DNA of 64,000 nucleotides from Eutreptiella sp. 'Long Island Sound 2002'. Lineage: Eukaryota > Protista > Euglenida. The stretch covers positions 176,142,001-176,206,000 of the forward strand of contig OZ038378.1 in the NCBI GenBank assembly GCA_964036045.1, in the 5' to 3' direction. Each line of letters opens with the position of its first letter. The stretch's first letter is position 1. Positions 36,671-50,039 of the stretch are shown here, piece by piece. The notes beneath the pieces were generated by a model. The model saw only the letters and a program-made list of their open reading frames with translations. It was not told the origin of the DNA and made no database searches. A program made the translations under genes and the position numbers.

Positions 36671-38023
36671 CGGCAGCCCAGAGCCCGAGGCCTACCGACG
36701 CTGTGGGGCACACGCACACACAAGCCCGAGGATGACCCGTCGCACGGGGGGGGGGATGGCGGGGCGGAGCCTTTGCGTCGAGTCCCCGGCCACCGCGTGT
36801 CTCGCTGTGCTGCGGTTGCCTCTTCGGACTCGTGAGGCCAAGGCGGCCGCCACTGCCGCCTTCGTGATGGGCGCGTGGAACAGGCGCCAGCGGTGTGAAT
36901 GCACAGCAGCTTTCACGGGGGGCTCCGCACTATCCGCCAGACCCCAGACATCTGCGGGTCTCAAGGGGACAACTGCGTTGCGTCGAAGTATCTACGGGCC
37001 CCTCGCCTCAAGGTCCACATGTCGGACGGCGGAGCACCTGCGTTCTCATTGAAGGCCGTTGTATTCGTTGCCGTGGGCTGTGCCGCCGGCTTCTGCCTCG
37101 GGGCACCAAAGGGACACAGTGCGCAATGCCGTTGCGGCAGCCCCTCAGCGGGACCTGGTCATTTTGGAGCGGGGCACCGACTGCGGCTACTCGGCCATCC
37201 GATGAGCGCAGCTCCTTCCGAAGCGCTCCCGGTGCAGTACTTTTTGAGCCACGGCCGCTCATCGCCTCCATCGCGACCAAAAGCGTGGGTTATGCCGGTG
37301 TCAGGGATACCGTCGGTGCAGAGCCCGTGGAGCTCTCCAATGCCTCACAGTCGCCTGCCGCCCTGAAGCAGTAGAGACCCTGAGCACTGACCTCCCTGTG
37401 CCCTGTGGTACAGTGCCCTCAGGTACGCACAGGGAGGCCCCTGACACCCCCCGTGGCTTGTGGGGGGTGCCCTAGGCCTCGGTGGAGCCCTTGAATGCCT
37501 CACAGTGGCCTGCCGCCCTGGGGCAGTAGAGGGCCTGCACAATGGCCTTCCTGTGGCCCAGCTCCCTGAGGAGTCCACAAGGACAAAGAAACATCACACA
37601 AAACAACACCAAAAAGGAGGGGCCGCCATCCGCCCAATAGGGGCCACCCGCTGCGGTCTCCTTTGGGGCCAGGAAGAGAAGACCCCGGGTGGAGAGCCAT
37701 CCTCCACTCCTCCAACAACGGCGCAAAGGCAACAGTCGATAGCATGCGGCGTCGACTGCGTTCCCCTTGGAGGATGGTTGTCCCCACCCCCAGCCCCCCA
37801 CGGAGGGTCTGATGTCCCAAGAAACGTGTGTGTCGAAGCCGGCCCCATGTGGTGAAGTTTGTTCTTTCCCTTTTCTAATTAGGCCTGGGGTGTGGGTTGC
37901 CCATGGTTGGCTGGAACCCCCCCCCCCCCCCAGCTGAGCGGTCCCTCTAAACTCTTTACTGTCAACAAGACATGTCTAACCTAGCTCGAAACTGGTGAGG
38001 GGCCGCCTCCTTGGTTGGTACTT

Positions 38024-38024
<1 letters not shown>

Positions 38025-38082
<58 letters not shown>

Positions 38083-38270
38083 TGTTATCTGCAGGTGGTA
38101 GCATCGTAGAATGTTGAGCCTCGCAGTTTGCGCATGAGTGAATGACGCCCTTTGCGCACACACACACGCGCGTGCGCGCACACACATACAAACACACACA
38201 CACCTACACACATACATGCGCACGCACGTGCGCGCACACACACACGCACACATACACACACACACACACC
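38025..38270. repeat. (CA)n tract (38025-38082) and degenerate CA/CG-rich tract (~38150-38270)
   Basis: Directly visible. Confidence 0.95.
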
Positions 38271-41200
38271 TCTTACCCCGGCAACAACATCGCGTTCCTG
38301 GGAGAAGGTGTTCCGTGAAGAGCCAGAGTCAGGGTCGGGGTCAGGTTCAGGGGCAGATGAACGGAGCATAGGATGGCCAAACACCGCAGGGTCACGTCCT
38401 TGTTAGCGAGGCCTAGCAGCGTATCATCAGCCATCCGGGCTTGTGATCGGGAGTTCGACGCCTATGGGCACGGCACGTGTCTTGATGGCGACTACCGTTG
38501 CGTTGCACCGGTACGGCATAGTAAGGTATGGAAGCATGCTGCTGGTGTCTCAAAATGATTTGCTGCCCCCTCCTGCTGGCGACTCCAGCAACCTGAGCTG
38601 TGCCCGACCATTGGCGCCACCCAAAACTTTTGTAGATAGCGGACTGCATGTGCTCCTGCCGAGCCTGCAGGTGGTAATGTGCCCCAGTTTGCGCTCCCAG
38701 CCCCCGCTGTGTGCAGACAACGGTCCCAAAAGCATAAATGCAGCGGGTTCTCGCTCTGACGGTGCATTTCGTGTTCAAACACCAATTTGCATCGTCTTTC
38801 AGTCCCACTCCTTTGTGAAGGTGTGCTCCTTTGAGTCGTTGCAATGCAGCACCCCTTGGTAGGGCGGCTGTGTTGAACAGGGTCAGTCTACCAAATGTTC
38901 CACCTGCTCACCTGAACTAGGTCACAACACCCGCCCCCCCCCCCCCCCCCCGCCTCCCGCCCTCGCCCGCCTTCTAGTCCGGATTGGGGTACATGCCCTT
39001 GGGGATTACTCTGGGCGTCACTAAGACCTAAAATTGGGCCCGCATTATGGGGCTGGGGGGGGGAGAAGTATTGTGTACCTCTGATCATGTCTGCGGCCTT
39101 TGGCATCCATTCCATTGTCGGGGCATCCATGCGATTGAACCGCCCCCCTACATTTGGACGCAAGCACTCACACCCGGGTAAATGCCTCAGCCCTGCAACG
39201 GACCGATACCTGGTTGTGGGTGCGGTCTAGAGATGGGGGGCAGGGGTGTCTGACATTACCATTTTGGGGGGGGGGGGATTGAGGGGCGGGGGCTCCGCCC
39301 CTAACTCACCCTCATCTTGGGTCGCATCTCCGGCATTCGAAAACGCGGTGTTGTGGATCCTGTCGGCTGGCCCTGTGTTACATTTTGCACATCAGTGGTG
39401 GTGACCCCCCAAAGTTCAGTGTCGTGGGAATGACTGCATTTGAAGCATGCTGGTGCCGGCATGCGAGGGACACCAAGGAGCAGGAGCAGCACGTGTGAGT
39501 AGAGGAACGGCTGTTCCGCTGCCAAACCGCAGTACGAAAAGAAATTTCCCCAGTGTCTTGGAACAAGCAATATACACAATTTATTCCTGAAAACTCAAAC
39601 CACTGGGTACACTTGCAGGCACCACAGCCTCATCATGGGGTCCTGGTGTACCCAGAGGAAGGGTGACCAACATGTACCCCAGGGCTAATGGAGGGAGAAT
39701 TGGACCCAGTGAGCTGCAAATGGCCTGTCGGAAACGCACTGAGGAGCAGGCAGTGTCTTCAGTCGGCAAGGCCCGCCTCCAACCCCCCTCCTCGCCTTTT
39801 GTGTTCCACTACATATTCGCCAGAAACAGCGTGGAGAGGTTAACGGTTCTGCCCCCTCCCCCAAGGACGGGCACCAGGGACACGGGTGAGGAGTAGCACT
39901 GAAGAAAATTATGCCGGCCCACCTTTGGTGGCGAGATTGTTCTACCCGCTTAGCCCCTCGCCCTGTCCCATCATGTTGCCTCTCCGCCACAAGCCATTAC
40001 AGTGGCAAAAACAGTCTGCTCCTTGGCGGTGGCTGCAGTTGATGGGTGATCCACTGCAGGGTGTGGGCGTGCGCTAAGAGCACCCGGGTGGGGTTCTACC
40101 GAGTCTGGCGCTTGGTGGGCTCCCACTTGGCACGAACACTGCCACGACCATAACGCACTCCCACTGTCCCGCTGTTGACCAAACGGCCATGAGTTCCCAA
40201 CATTCTATGTGGTATTGATGAAAAGAATTGATCCATGCCTGCTTGGAAAATAGATCGACAGCACCCAAGGTTAGAGATTAGCGAGCAGCGTCAGAGGATG
40301 CGACATTCGTGAAAGGTTGGGACCGCGTTCTCCCCGTGCCTCCTCTTGGACGATTTGCAATCGCAAGGAGCCGTGCCTCCTCTTAGGCATGGAAAATTCA
40401 CAATGAGCTCAAGATGGGCCTAAACCTCCGTCCCTGTGCCAGAGGTCTAACAGGGTTGGGTACTCAACTGAGAAGCGTTTCAGAATTGCCGCCACCCCCA
40501 ACTGGGCACAGCGACAAAGGTTATGAAGCCCCTCTCCCCGAACCATGGCACAAGCCCGGTCAGTACTGGCATATTCTACTCTACAGGTGGGCCGATCCTC
40601 CCATCCTAGAAGGCCCTGGAAATGCTTTTAGCGGCCACGCTCATCTGCTCGGCACGGGCTCACGCCATATGTGTGTATTTGGGTGGGCGCCTCGTAGGGT
40701 TAGAGCGATAGCGCTCTTCATTTCTCTGCTCGTTTCCTTTTCAGCGGGTTTGCGTAGGAAAGGAGCAAAAATAAAAGGACTGTATTGGTCATGATTTAAT
40801 GGCGCATGCTCCACCCCAGCCCACGTCAAAAAGGCAGACAAGAGGCGCACTTTCGCCATTCTATGCGTCCCACCCAGAAAACAGACCTGTAGAACAACGC
40901 ACATAAAGGGGGTGCGATGGCTTTTGTGGCTACTGCAAACCTTCACGCTAACCGCAGACTGCAGACATACACAATGTTCTGCCCACTTTTGACAGTTTCT
41001 TAACCCACCACCTGCACTTGCGAGGCCCGAAGCCAGCCGCCACTGTTGAATTTCTTACTCAAACTTTGTGTGATTCAATTTCATTGCCGCAGCCTGCACC
41101 GTGCAAACTGCTACACATGGCCAACATATGTGCAAGCTAAATTATGTTCAGAAAAATATTTTCAGGAAAACTTATGCAACGTTTTTTGGGGAGAAAAATT

Positions 41201-42579
41201 GCGCAAGGAGAGGATAATTCAAGGTCAAACTCTTTTTCCCTCCCAAAAAATGTGCAACTGTGAACCCCTGAACCCAAAAAGACGAGAAGGCCGAATTGCA
41301 ACCTCCCACATGAGTTTTACCCATAGCCTGATGGCACTGTTGCTGAGGGTTGCTCAACCAGAATGCTCATTGTAGTTTGGAATTCAATGGCAGAGTTATG
41401 ATCCAAATGGCTTTGCATGCGAGCCTCCTCATTGAGCTAAATTGCGCTCTTGTTATGTTTTTTTTTGGAGAAGGAAATCTTCTTTTGTGGCCCATCCTTT
41501 TTCATTCGAACAACTGCATGTCCTGAACAATCACAAAGAATGCACAGAACAGGATGTGATGAAGGACAGTGTGGCTGTACTTGGCGGTGTTCTGCACAAT
41601 TTTCAATGTAAATAGCCCCGGCACCCATGTCATCACATGTCCCTGTTCTGGGTGGGCAATATTCGAGCACAGTTTCATCTACAGCCAAACAGCACATCCG
41701 GGGGCAGTGGCATGTACCCATCTGGCATTTGAATCCCAACATCTTAAGGTTTCTCTAAAACAGCTTGAAGCTCTGCCCTCAATGCATTGTCGCCCATTAA
41801 GTGGTGCGTGCTTGGGGATAGACCTGGTGCGTCCTTGTGAAACTTAGAAAATTTGGCCGCTGGTGGTATACATTGTGCAGTGATGACGTGTAGAGTGTGT
41901 TGTGCAATGCTCCCTTACCCCCAAGCCTGGTACCAATAATCATTTTGTGATCACAGTTCTGGTGTAACCACAAACGTTCATATCCCTATTTAGGCCAAAG
42001 GCTGGAGCCCCCTTCTTTTGCAGCAAGCGGCGGCGGCGGCAGCAGCAGCAGCAGCAAGACAAGCGCACTCTGAACACTGGACACGGCACCACCATGCAGG
42101 GTACACACGCCATGCACACCCTGTGCACTGCCCACTCTGCACACACTGAACACCAATGGCTGACCTCTGTATGCGTCGACGCTCTGCAGTGCACAATGTG
42201 CTCTCTGCGAAGCCCCCCACCGCACATGTCATATTGCACGCTCTGTGTGTGCTTTCCACAAAGCACAGAACACACCTCTGCAGAATGTGGTGTGCCCACT
42301 TTGACCGTCATACTGCAAATACTCTACATCACTGGGGGGGGGGGGGCGACTCCGCAGGTCCTAGGACACTACCCCCCCCCCCCCGTTAGTTGCCAAAGGT
42401 GCTGTCCTTAGGAGCCCATGGGTGCCAAAGGCGCCCGATGCTCCATGGGCCAATTTTGTCCATTCTGCACCCCACCACTATCCTTTAAACCAACCCTGGC
42501 CCTAACACCCACCCCAACCCTCAGCCTATTCCTAACCCTACACCTACCCCTACCCCTAGGCCTAACCCTAACCAGGATT

Positions 42580-43977
42580 GAATATTGCGACTGAGCTGGT
42601 GGGGGAAGGAACGTCGTCTAGGAGACTTCAACGACAAATGAGGTACACACCGGAAAGTGGATGAGAGCAGCTCAAAAGGGGCTCAAAATGAGCTGTATTC
42701 ATCTGTTTGGGCACCACAACTAGAGTAGGATCAGTTTTGGAAAACCATGGTTTTGACCTGTTTTTGAGCCATTTGTCGTCCCAAATTGGCCGAATTTTCA
42801 AGGCCCTGTCAGCCTTGAGAGGGGCCAAAATTGCTCAACATGGGCTCAAAATGGGCTCAAAATGGGCTCAAAATGGGCTCAAAATGGGCTCATTCCACTT
42901 GTTTGTGCACCCCAAATAATCCAAACGTATCTGTGGAAAAGCACATTTTTGATCCATTTTTGACTGATTTTTGGTCCCAAAAACAGCCCATTTTCAAGGC
43001 ATTTTGTGACTTTGGAGTGGCCCAAATGGCTTGCCATGGGCTCAAAACGGGCTCATTTCACTTGTTTGTGCACCTCAAATGGTCCAGGGTAAATTTTGGA
43101 AAAACACATTTTTGACCCATTTTTGTCCCATTTTTGGTCGCAAAACAGCCCCTTTTCAAGGCTTTTTGGGATTTTAGGAGGGCCAAAACGGGCCACCATG
43201 AGCTCAAAAGGCGCCAAAAACAATTGTTTTGGCATTCCATGTGGTCTAGGATCATTTTTTGAAAAATGTCATTTTTTGCACATGGTGGACCTTGTTGACT
43301 CATTTAGGCACCCACCTCTTTTGGCTACCTTTTGCAGCTTGCCGCAGCCCACTGGGCCTAGGTACGTGGGTGTAGGCATCGGTTAGGGCAATTTTGAGGG
43401 GTGGAAACCACCAAAAGTGGGTGGTTGCGGGTGGATTAGGTGCACTCGAAATCGCGTTTTGAGCCACGTAGCCCAAGATATGGTCTATTTTTGGTTTTGG
43501 CTTGTCGGCGGCCATTATGCACAAATTCTTGGGACTTTGGGGGCCTTTTGGGGGCATTTCGCGGAATATATTGTGGAGTTAGATGGCCCTAGAGGGCCCT
43601 TGGGCACTCGGAAGTCTAGCTGCATGTATCGAGTAGCCACTATTTCCCTTCATTTGGCCGTTTTCAGCATGTTCCAGGGCGGTTTTGGGCAAAAAAAAAG
43701 GCTGATTTTGGCCCTAAACTGCAAGTTTTGAAATGGAGCCTGTTCCCGGCCGCCACCGTTGAGTTTCTGGCTCATACTTTGTGTGGTTGTCCCTCACACC
43801 CATAGGTAGCATCCACCAAAATTTTGGCCGATTCCGAAGCACTACGACGGAGCTGTGATTTTTGCCCATTTCGCGCGTGCTTGCTGCTTGCTGCTTCCTA
43901 GACCTGGTAGGTCCACCCTAGACACTAAAGAGGGTTATAAAACCAAGACTAGTTCCACTAGCTCGGTGACCCTAATC
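42580..43977 (+). mobile_element. Tandem unit 1 (non-coding; 13-bp subTIRs; ~180-bp internal repeats; 11-bp AAAATGGGCTC array at 42840-42892)
   Basis: Starts gaatattgcgACTGAGCTGGTGG, ends CCACTAGCTCGGTgaccctaatc; collinear with unit 2. Confidence 0.75.
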
Positions 43978-43979
43978 AA

Positions 43980-45135
43980 GAATATTGGGACCGAGCTGGT
44001 GGGGGGGGGGAACATTAGATATGAATGGTGAGGGACATCAAGAATGATTCACACATTGATGGCTCTTGACAAAGTGAAATGCACCTGAACCCCATCACCA
44101 CGAGGCCCACTTTCAAGGTTTTTTGGACTTCTCAGGGGCCAAAATGCCCCAAAATGGGCTCAAAATGGGCTCATTTCACCCTTTTGTGCACCCCAAATGG
44201 TCTACGATGAGTTTTGGAAAAATGTGTTTTTGACCCATTTTTGACCCATTTTTGGTCCCAAAACAGCCCATTTTCAAGGCATTGTGGGATTTTTGGAGGA
44301 CCCAAATGGGCCACCATAAGCTCAAAACAGTCCAAAAAACACTTGTTTTAGCGTCGCACATGGTCTAGGATCATTTTTGCGGAAAGTCATATTTTTACCC
44401 CTATTGGACCCTGTTGACCCATTTGGGTACCCACCTGTTTGGGCTTGAGCTTGCAGCTTGCCACAGCCTAGTGGGCCTAGTTATTGGGGTCTAGGCGTCC
44501 GTTTGGGCAATTCTGAGGGATGGGAACCACAAAGCGTGGGGGGTTGCGGGTGGAGTAGGTGCCCTCGGAATCGCATTTTGAGCCATGTAGCCAAAGATAT
44601 GGCCTATTCTTGGTTTGTGGCTGTCGGCAGTTGGAGCTTCTGGGGGCCTTTTTGGGCCGCTTCCGCGGCATATCATGGAGTTAGAGGGCCGCAAAGAGCT
44701 CGTTGACACGGGGAAGGCAAGCGGCACGTGGAGTGTACCCACCGTTTCCCTTCGTTTGGCCGTTTTGAATGTGTTCCGGGGCATTTTTGGCCCAAAAATG
44801 GCTGTTTTTGGCCCTAAACTGCAGTTTCTGAAACTGAGGCCCGCCACTTGCGAATCCCGTTCCCGGCCGCCACCGTTGAGTTTCTTGCTCAAACTTTGTG
44901 TGATTGTACTTCACACCCATAGGTATCATCCACCAAAATTTCACCCGAATCTGAAGCACCACGACGGAAATCTGATTTTTACCCATTTCGCGCGTGCTGC
45001 TGCTTGCTGCTTGCTGCTGCTGCTTGCTGCTTGCTGCTTGCTGCTGCTGCTGCTGCTAAACCTGGTAGGTCCACCCTAGACACTAAAAAGGGTTATAAAA
45101 CCAAGACTGGTTCCACCAGCTCGGTGACCCTAATC
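43980..45135 (+). mobile_element. Tandem unit 2 (same family; GCTT/GCT microsatellite at 44993-45056)
   Basis: Starts gaatattgggACCGAGCTGGTGG, ends CCACCAGCTCGGTgaccctaatc; last ~90 bp near-identical to the end of unit 1. Confidence 0.75.
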
Positions 45136-45614
45136 CTAGCCCTAGCCCTAGCCCTCGCCTGAATCCCAGTCTAGGGTGAGAGATATTTTTGGGGGCCAAA
45201 ATGGAGAACAATGATGTGACAAAAACAGCCATGACCGAAAGTTGGGGGATCTTGTTCAGTCCAATCAGCATGGCGGCCATGGCCGAATCAGCTCGCTGCA
45301 AAGGTAAATCGGGTTAGGTTTAGGGTGATGGTATGGTTGCAGGGAGGGCCAGGGGAGGTAATGGGAGCCCGTGATGGACCAACGCTTGGCCTTGGGGGCA
45401 TGTGCCCCCAAATTTCCCCCACTTGGACCCCCCCCCCCAACCAACCCTCTTGGACCCCCCCCCCGGCAAAAGCCCCCATACCGCTCCCCATCGCCCCTCC
45501 CAGAACCCCCCCCCCCCTGGCGCCCCCTGCCAACAGTTAGTAGGGGGGGGGTAGTGGGCGTCCACAACCGAGGAGTCGCCCCCCCCCCCCCGCCCCCCGC
45601 ATGTCCCCTTCTAG

Positions 45615-48600
45615 ATGGAGGATGACCATCTTGTTGAGGCCTTCAAAACCAAAAATAACACACTCACGTTTGTCAGCAGGCTGAATTGGACAATGGGTGA
45701 CATATCACTCGCAGCGTGGAAATTGGTAGGCCCTAATCTGAGTGAGCTAAGTGGCTCCATCATAAGGGACCCTCACAGAAGAAAGCCCATGTACATGGTA
45801 ACTATGAATCACTACATCGAAGAACGGGCCTCCCATAATCGGCAGGTCCAGAACAGGCCCAAGCCAAAGCCTCCGCAAAAACAACCAAACACCAACAACA
45901 AATGGGCCGTCGCGTATATGCAGGCAGTCAAGGGAACCACAGCAAAGAAACCATGACTGCTCGTTCGCTGAATGGGAATGTGCAAGGAAACCGCCCCCAC
46001 CGTGCTCCCCAACCTCCGTTTTGCGGGGCACTTCATCTCAGGACGTTCAATATGAATGGAATGTTCACTAAGATCAAACGTGGCAAGAAAATTGTCCGCA
46101 AGCACGCTGTTCCGGCGAAATATCTTGTGGCACTGTCTATTGACATTGCTTGTATTCAGGAGCATCATGTTACCTCTCAACAAGAGGAAAATGTTTTACG
46201 GAAACACTTTGAGTGTTTGGGTCGTTGCATCATGTTGAACTATAACACCAGGGCGAGGGGGGGCTGCCCTTATTTGGAAGCACAGCCGGATTTGTCAAGA
46301 TTCCCTTTCTGTTGACCGCAGAATCATCATAGGCAAATTTTCTAACATTGATGGACAATCCATCACTGCAGTAGGAGCTCACTTTCACTATGAGCATAAC
46401 AGGAGAAAACAAAGGGGTCAAAGGGGGATATGACACCCTGGAAAAGGGTGTCTTGGTCAGCCTTGATTTCTCCAAAGCTTTCCCGACGCTTGCGCAGAAT
46501 TTCATACAGGCAGTCCTACAATCAATACAACTACCTCCTTTTCATGTCATGTTCATTTTGTCAACACTCATAGCCCCCTACCACTTCTGTGTGGGAAAAG
46601 GGATTGTGCCTGAAGTCACATTCCAACCTAGAGCAAGCATAGGGCAAGGAGATCCGTTCTCCCCCCTTCTGCTTTCCTTTTGCGCCTCCTTTGTTCTCTT
46701 CATGTTTGATGAATCGGTTGGTGCTTACCCGTTCATGTATGTTGACGACCCCTGTGTCTTGATCAGTAGCAGGTATACACCAAATCTGAAACACATCCTG
46801 GATGCCATGCATCAATTCAGTAAGGTCTCAAGTCTCAAGCTCAACTTAGGGAAATCAGCGTTATGCCTCAAAGGAAATTTCTTTTAGCACGATCGGGCCT
46901 ATTTTGAAAGTTGCGGCATTTCCATCCAACAGTATGTAAAGTATTTGGGAGTATTTCGGTAGCCCAAGCCTTCTCAAAGGTGTAGGGTGAAGCGCACAGA
47001 CGTGCGGCCCTAGTGACCTTCTTTGGTCTGTCCTTGTCGGAGCGATTACTACTTTTGAAAACATGGGTCCTTCCGGTGCTACTGCTTATGGGTAGGGCCT
47101 ACAAGGCCACGGAGCAGGAAGAACGTTCCCTCAAGGTGGTGTTTAACACAGCACTAGGCTTCGATAGCTAGGGTACCACGTTGTCGCAAGCATCGTTTCA
47201 TCCGGAGGATGGAGGATTCTCCTTGCCTCCTCTAGACACCTGGCTCAAGGTTCAGGCTGGACTTGCTTTCACAGCATTTGCCCGGAACTAGTCTGTCATG
47301 CCCTGTTTTGTACGGCTAAAGTTTCGAGCATGGGCTACCAAATTTGGGGTTGCATGGAACCTGAGGTCCCTACCCTTCCTACAGCTTGGTCCGGTCCCAT
47401 ATTCCACAATGGGGTTCCTGACCCAGTCCCTCAAGTCATATTGACGTTATATTATTGATGGTGCCCCAGAAGGGGCAAACATCAAGGATTTCCCACTGTG
47501 GCATTCGGCCATCTTTCGTAATTCTGACAATCTCACTTAGTACTGCCCTGCCCTAATTCGCAAAGGGGTCATGTGCATCTCAGACTTGTTTGACGCAAAC
47601 TTCTGCTTACGCTAGGACCTGCTGCCCAAAATCGGCATCACCTGGCGTGAGGTATGTACCTCATCCATCAAACAATTCCGTCACTTAATGCCCACAGATT
47701 GGTCCATACCTTCGGTGTGGGTAGGGAGCTGGGGCAAATCGGCCTCTCTGAAAAAGTTGTCGCCTATGCCGTATGTGCCGCGAAGGCAACCGAGTTCAGC
47801 CTAGAAAGCCTTTTGGGCATCATAGCTCCCCGCTTTTCTCAAAGACTTCGCCTATCAAGACTATATATATATATATATATAGACTCCAAAAATGGACCAA
47901 GTTCCCTTGGTGTCCGATATGCGCTAATCTAGAAACAATAGAACATGCACTATCCCACTGCAGGTTTCATGCCATGGCTGCCGATACTGTTGATTACTGT
48001 TGGGGTGTTGGGGACCCTCGTATGTTGAGGGTGTTAGTCGTGCAGTGAGGGCGTTGCCCCTCAAATATTCCTTTTCGCGCCCACAGGGCATTGCTAAGTG
48101 GTCGGCCAGGCGGCCCATTGGTCGCTACGCAACCAAGTTAAAAATGGATTCTCTGCTCCCTCGCTGGAACTATTTCTGGCTCAGTGGATAAGGGTCCTCT
48201 CACAAGTTATCCTCTGGGAACCCTTGCAGGCCTTCATCGTCTCTCTCGCACAATTCCATGATGCTGTAGGCACACTGGCTCAATCTGGGGTACTGCCCGG
48301 GGTAGCTATTAAAGCACACGCTGATGATACCTCCTCGCAATCAGCTAGAGCAACCAAAAAACAAAAGGTATAAGATCGCAAGCAGCATCTTGCCATGGAG
48401 GCCAAGCAAGTCTTAGCCAAACTTGAGAATGAGGGATGGACGTTAGCTTTCACAGATGGATCCGCTAAACAACACCCTAAGGTTGGATGGATTGCTGGGT
48501 ATGGGTTTGTGGTGATGGGGGAGTGGGAGACCAAGGGATTCCTGCCTCCCAACTCAGCCCAAACTAACAATAGAGCTGAGTTATTGGCGGTGATCACTGT

Positions 48601-49108
48601 TCTTGAGCATTTCCTTTTGCAAGCGGTACGTCTTGTAGTGGTCATGGACTCATAGTACGTCTACGATGGCTTGCGGGGTGCAGCGTTCAGGTGGCGCACA
48701 GCAGGATGGGTACGGCAGTCAGGTCCAGTTTGTCATGTTGATCTTTGGATCAGAGCCCTCGATCTAGTGGACAAAGTCTCAGCTACAGTTAACTGGCTAC
48801 GCATGCCTAGTCACACTGACATCCCAGGTAACGAGCGAGCCGACGTTGTGGCGGAACAGGGAAGGATAAGCTCTCCTCTCTATCATGTATTATCTTTGCT
48901 AGATAGGCCAGTTGTCAGCTTAGAGTTACCCTCTACCCCCACGCCAAGACGGGCCCCAGCGGTCCCACGCTCCCTTGAGCTTCACGATGTCATTACTCCC
49001 TCCGGGGACACACCATCATTATGCAGGACCATGACACGCGAGCCCAATGATCATGAGACGTCTGGGATCTCCAGACGTCTCAATTTTTCACGGTCAAGGA
49101 CTCTCTAG
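45615..49108 (+). mobile_element. Decayed L1/Tx1-like non-LTR retrotransposon: ORF1 remnant, APE, RT, CCHC, C-terminal RNase H
   Basis: APE: TFNMNG...DIACIQEHH. RT: SLDFSKAF...QGDPFSP...MYVDD...LKLNLGKS. Finger: CPICANLETIEHALSHC. RNase H: FTDGSA...QTNNRAEL...VMDS...PSHTDIPGNERAD. Deletion between APE and RT; many stops. Confidence 0.92.
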
Positions 49109-50039
49109 GCAAGCTCGTGCATCCCGTGCCGCTCGACAGGGTCCCCAGCCTCAACGTGGCGTGCCAGTGAACCCACATGGGCAGGCTACCGACCTGTCTC
49201 ATGGGGGGCAGTGGGGGAGCAGTTGAGCCCATTGAGTTGCAAATGGCTCAATGGCAGACACACATTCAGGGAGGTGTGCTGTCGACAGTGGGCGGCCCCC
49301 CCCCCCCCCACAGATGGAGGCGCCTGTGAGTGAACCGTAGCACAGTGAGCTAGCAGGCAACAGAACAGCTGCCACTGGGAATTGGGGTCTTGCTACACTG
49401 TGCCTTCACCTGCACCACTACAGACCGGGTGCCGTGCTGCTGTGTGCGGGAAGGAGGACCCCCCGCCGCCACATGGGTCGTCATCTGACAGGCCTAAAGA
49501 AAGTTATACTGAACCACCTCCAGTGGCGGTATTAATTACCTCGTTGTATACCCATGCCCAGAGTTTGCCCCCATGCCCTCAGGTGGTGCATTGGAGGATC
49601 CGTGGGAGCGACCGACTGCGTGCGCTGGGTGCATCTCTATTGATCATGTTCATGCTCTTCGATCGCCTGTGCACCCTCTTCCATCTCGTCCACCCGTGCC
49701 AGTCATGGCTCGTTCCCCTCCCAATACTCATCGTTTTAATGCTCCACTGTTGTGCTTGTCAAGGCTCGTTGTGTTATCTGTCATGGCTATACCTGAGTTC
49801 AAAAACATGTCCCTAGGGCGTTAGCGGGAGAACATGACCGCTGGCAACGTCTGGGGCTTCTTGGGGCCCTTCTTGGAGCCACTGCTCAACCTGTAGTAGC
49901 CACTGCTCAACCTGTAGTCTTGTTTCTGCAATCGGTGCCTGTCATGGCTCGCCTCCCTTTCAGTGCCTGCAGCTCATGATCTCCCCTGAAGTTCTGCTTG
50001 TCATGGCTTAATCAATCCATTTTTGCCCCCCCCCCCCCC

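Larger units (their letters stand above)
42334..45591. mobile_element. Composite: G-run-terminated TIR element with telomere-like hexamers, carrying two tandem subterminal-inverted-repeat units
   Basis: Outer inverted termini G(n)CGACTCC...CACTACCCCCC (42334-42383) and GGGGGGTAGTG...GGAGTCGC(n) (45543-45591); no TSD found. CCCTAA-like hexamers at 42491-42573 and 45128-45155. Confidence 0.55.

Noticed and set aside
39301-39560. Minus-strand exon candidate with a GTGAGT donor
   Set aside because: No partner exons or recognisable motifs; cannot be supported.
40335-40385. 14-bp direct repeats around a small hairpin (also short duplications at 8103/8185, 49878 and 55015)
   Set aside because: Consistent with ordinary slippage or repair duplications; no further structure.
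42580-45135. Retrozyme / hammerhead ribozyme in the tandem units
   Set aside because: No CTGANGA...GAAA core found by eye in the units; CTGATGA/CTGACGA hits elsewhere (6182, 15797, 16642) lack stem II and GAAA.
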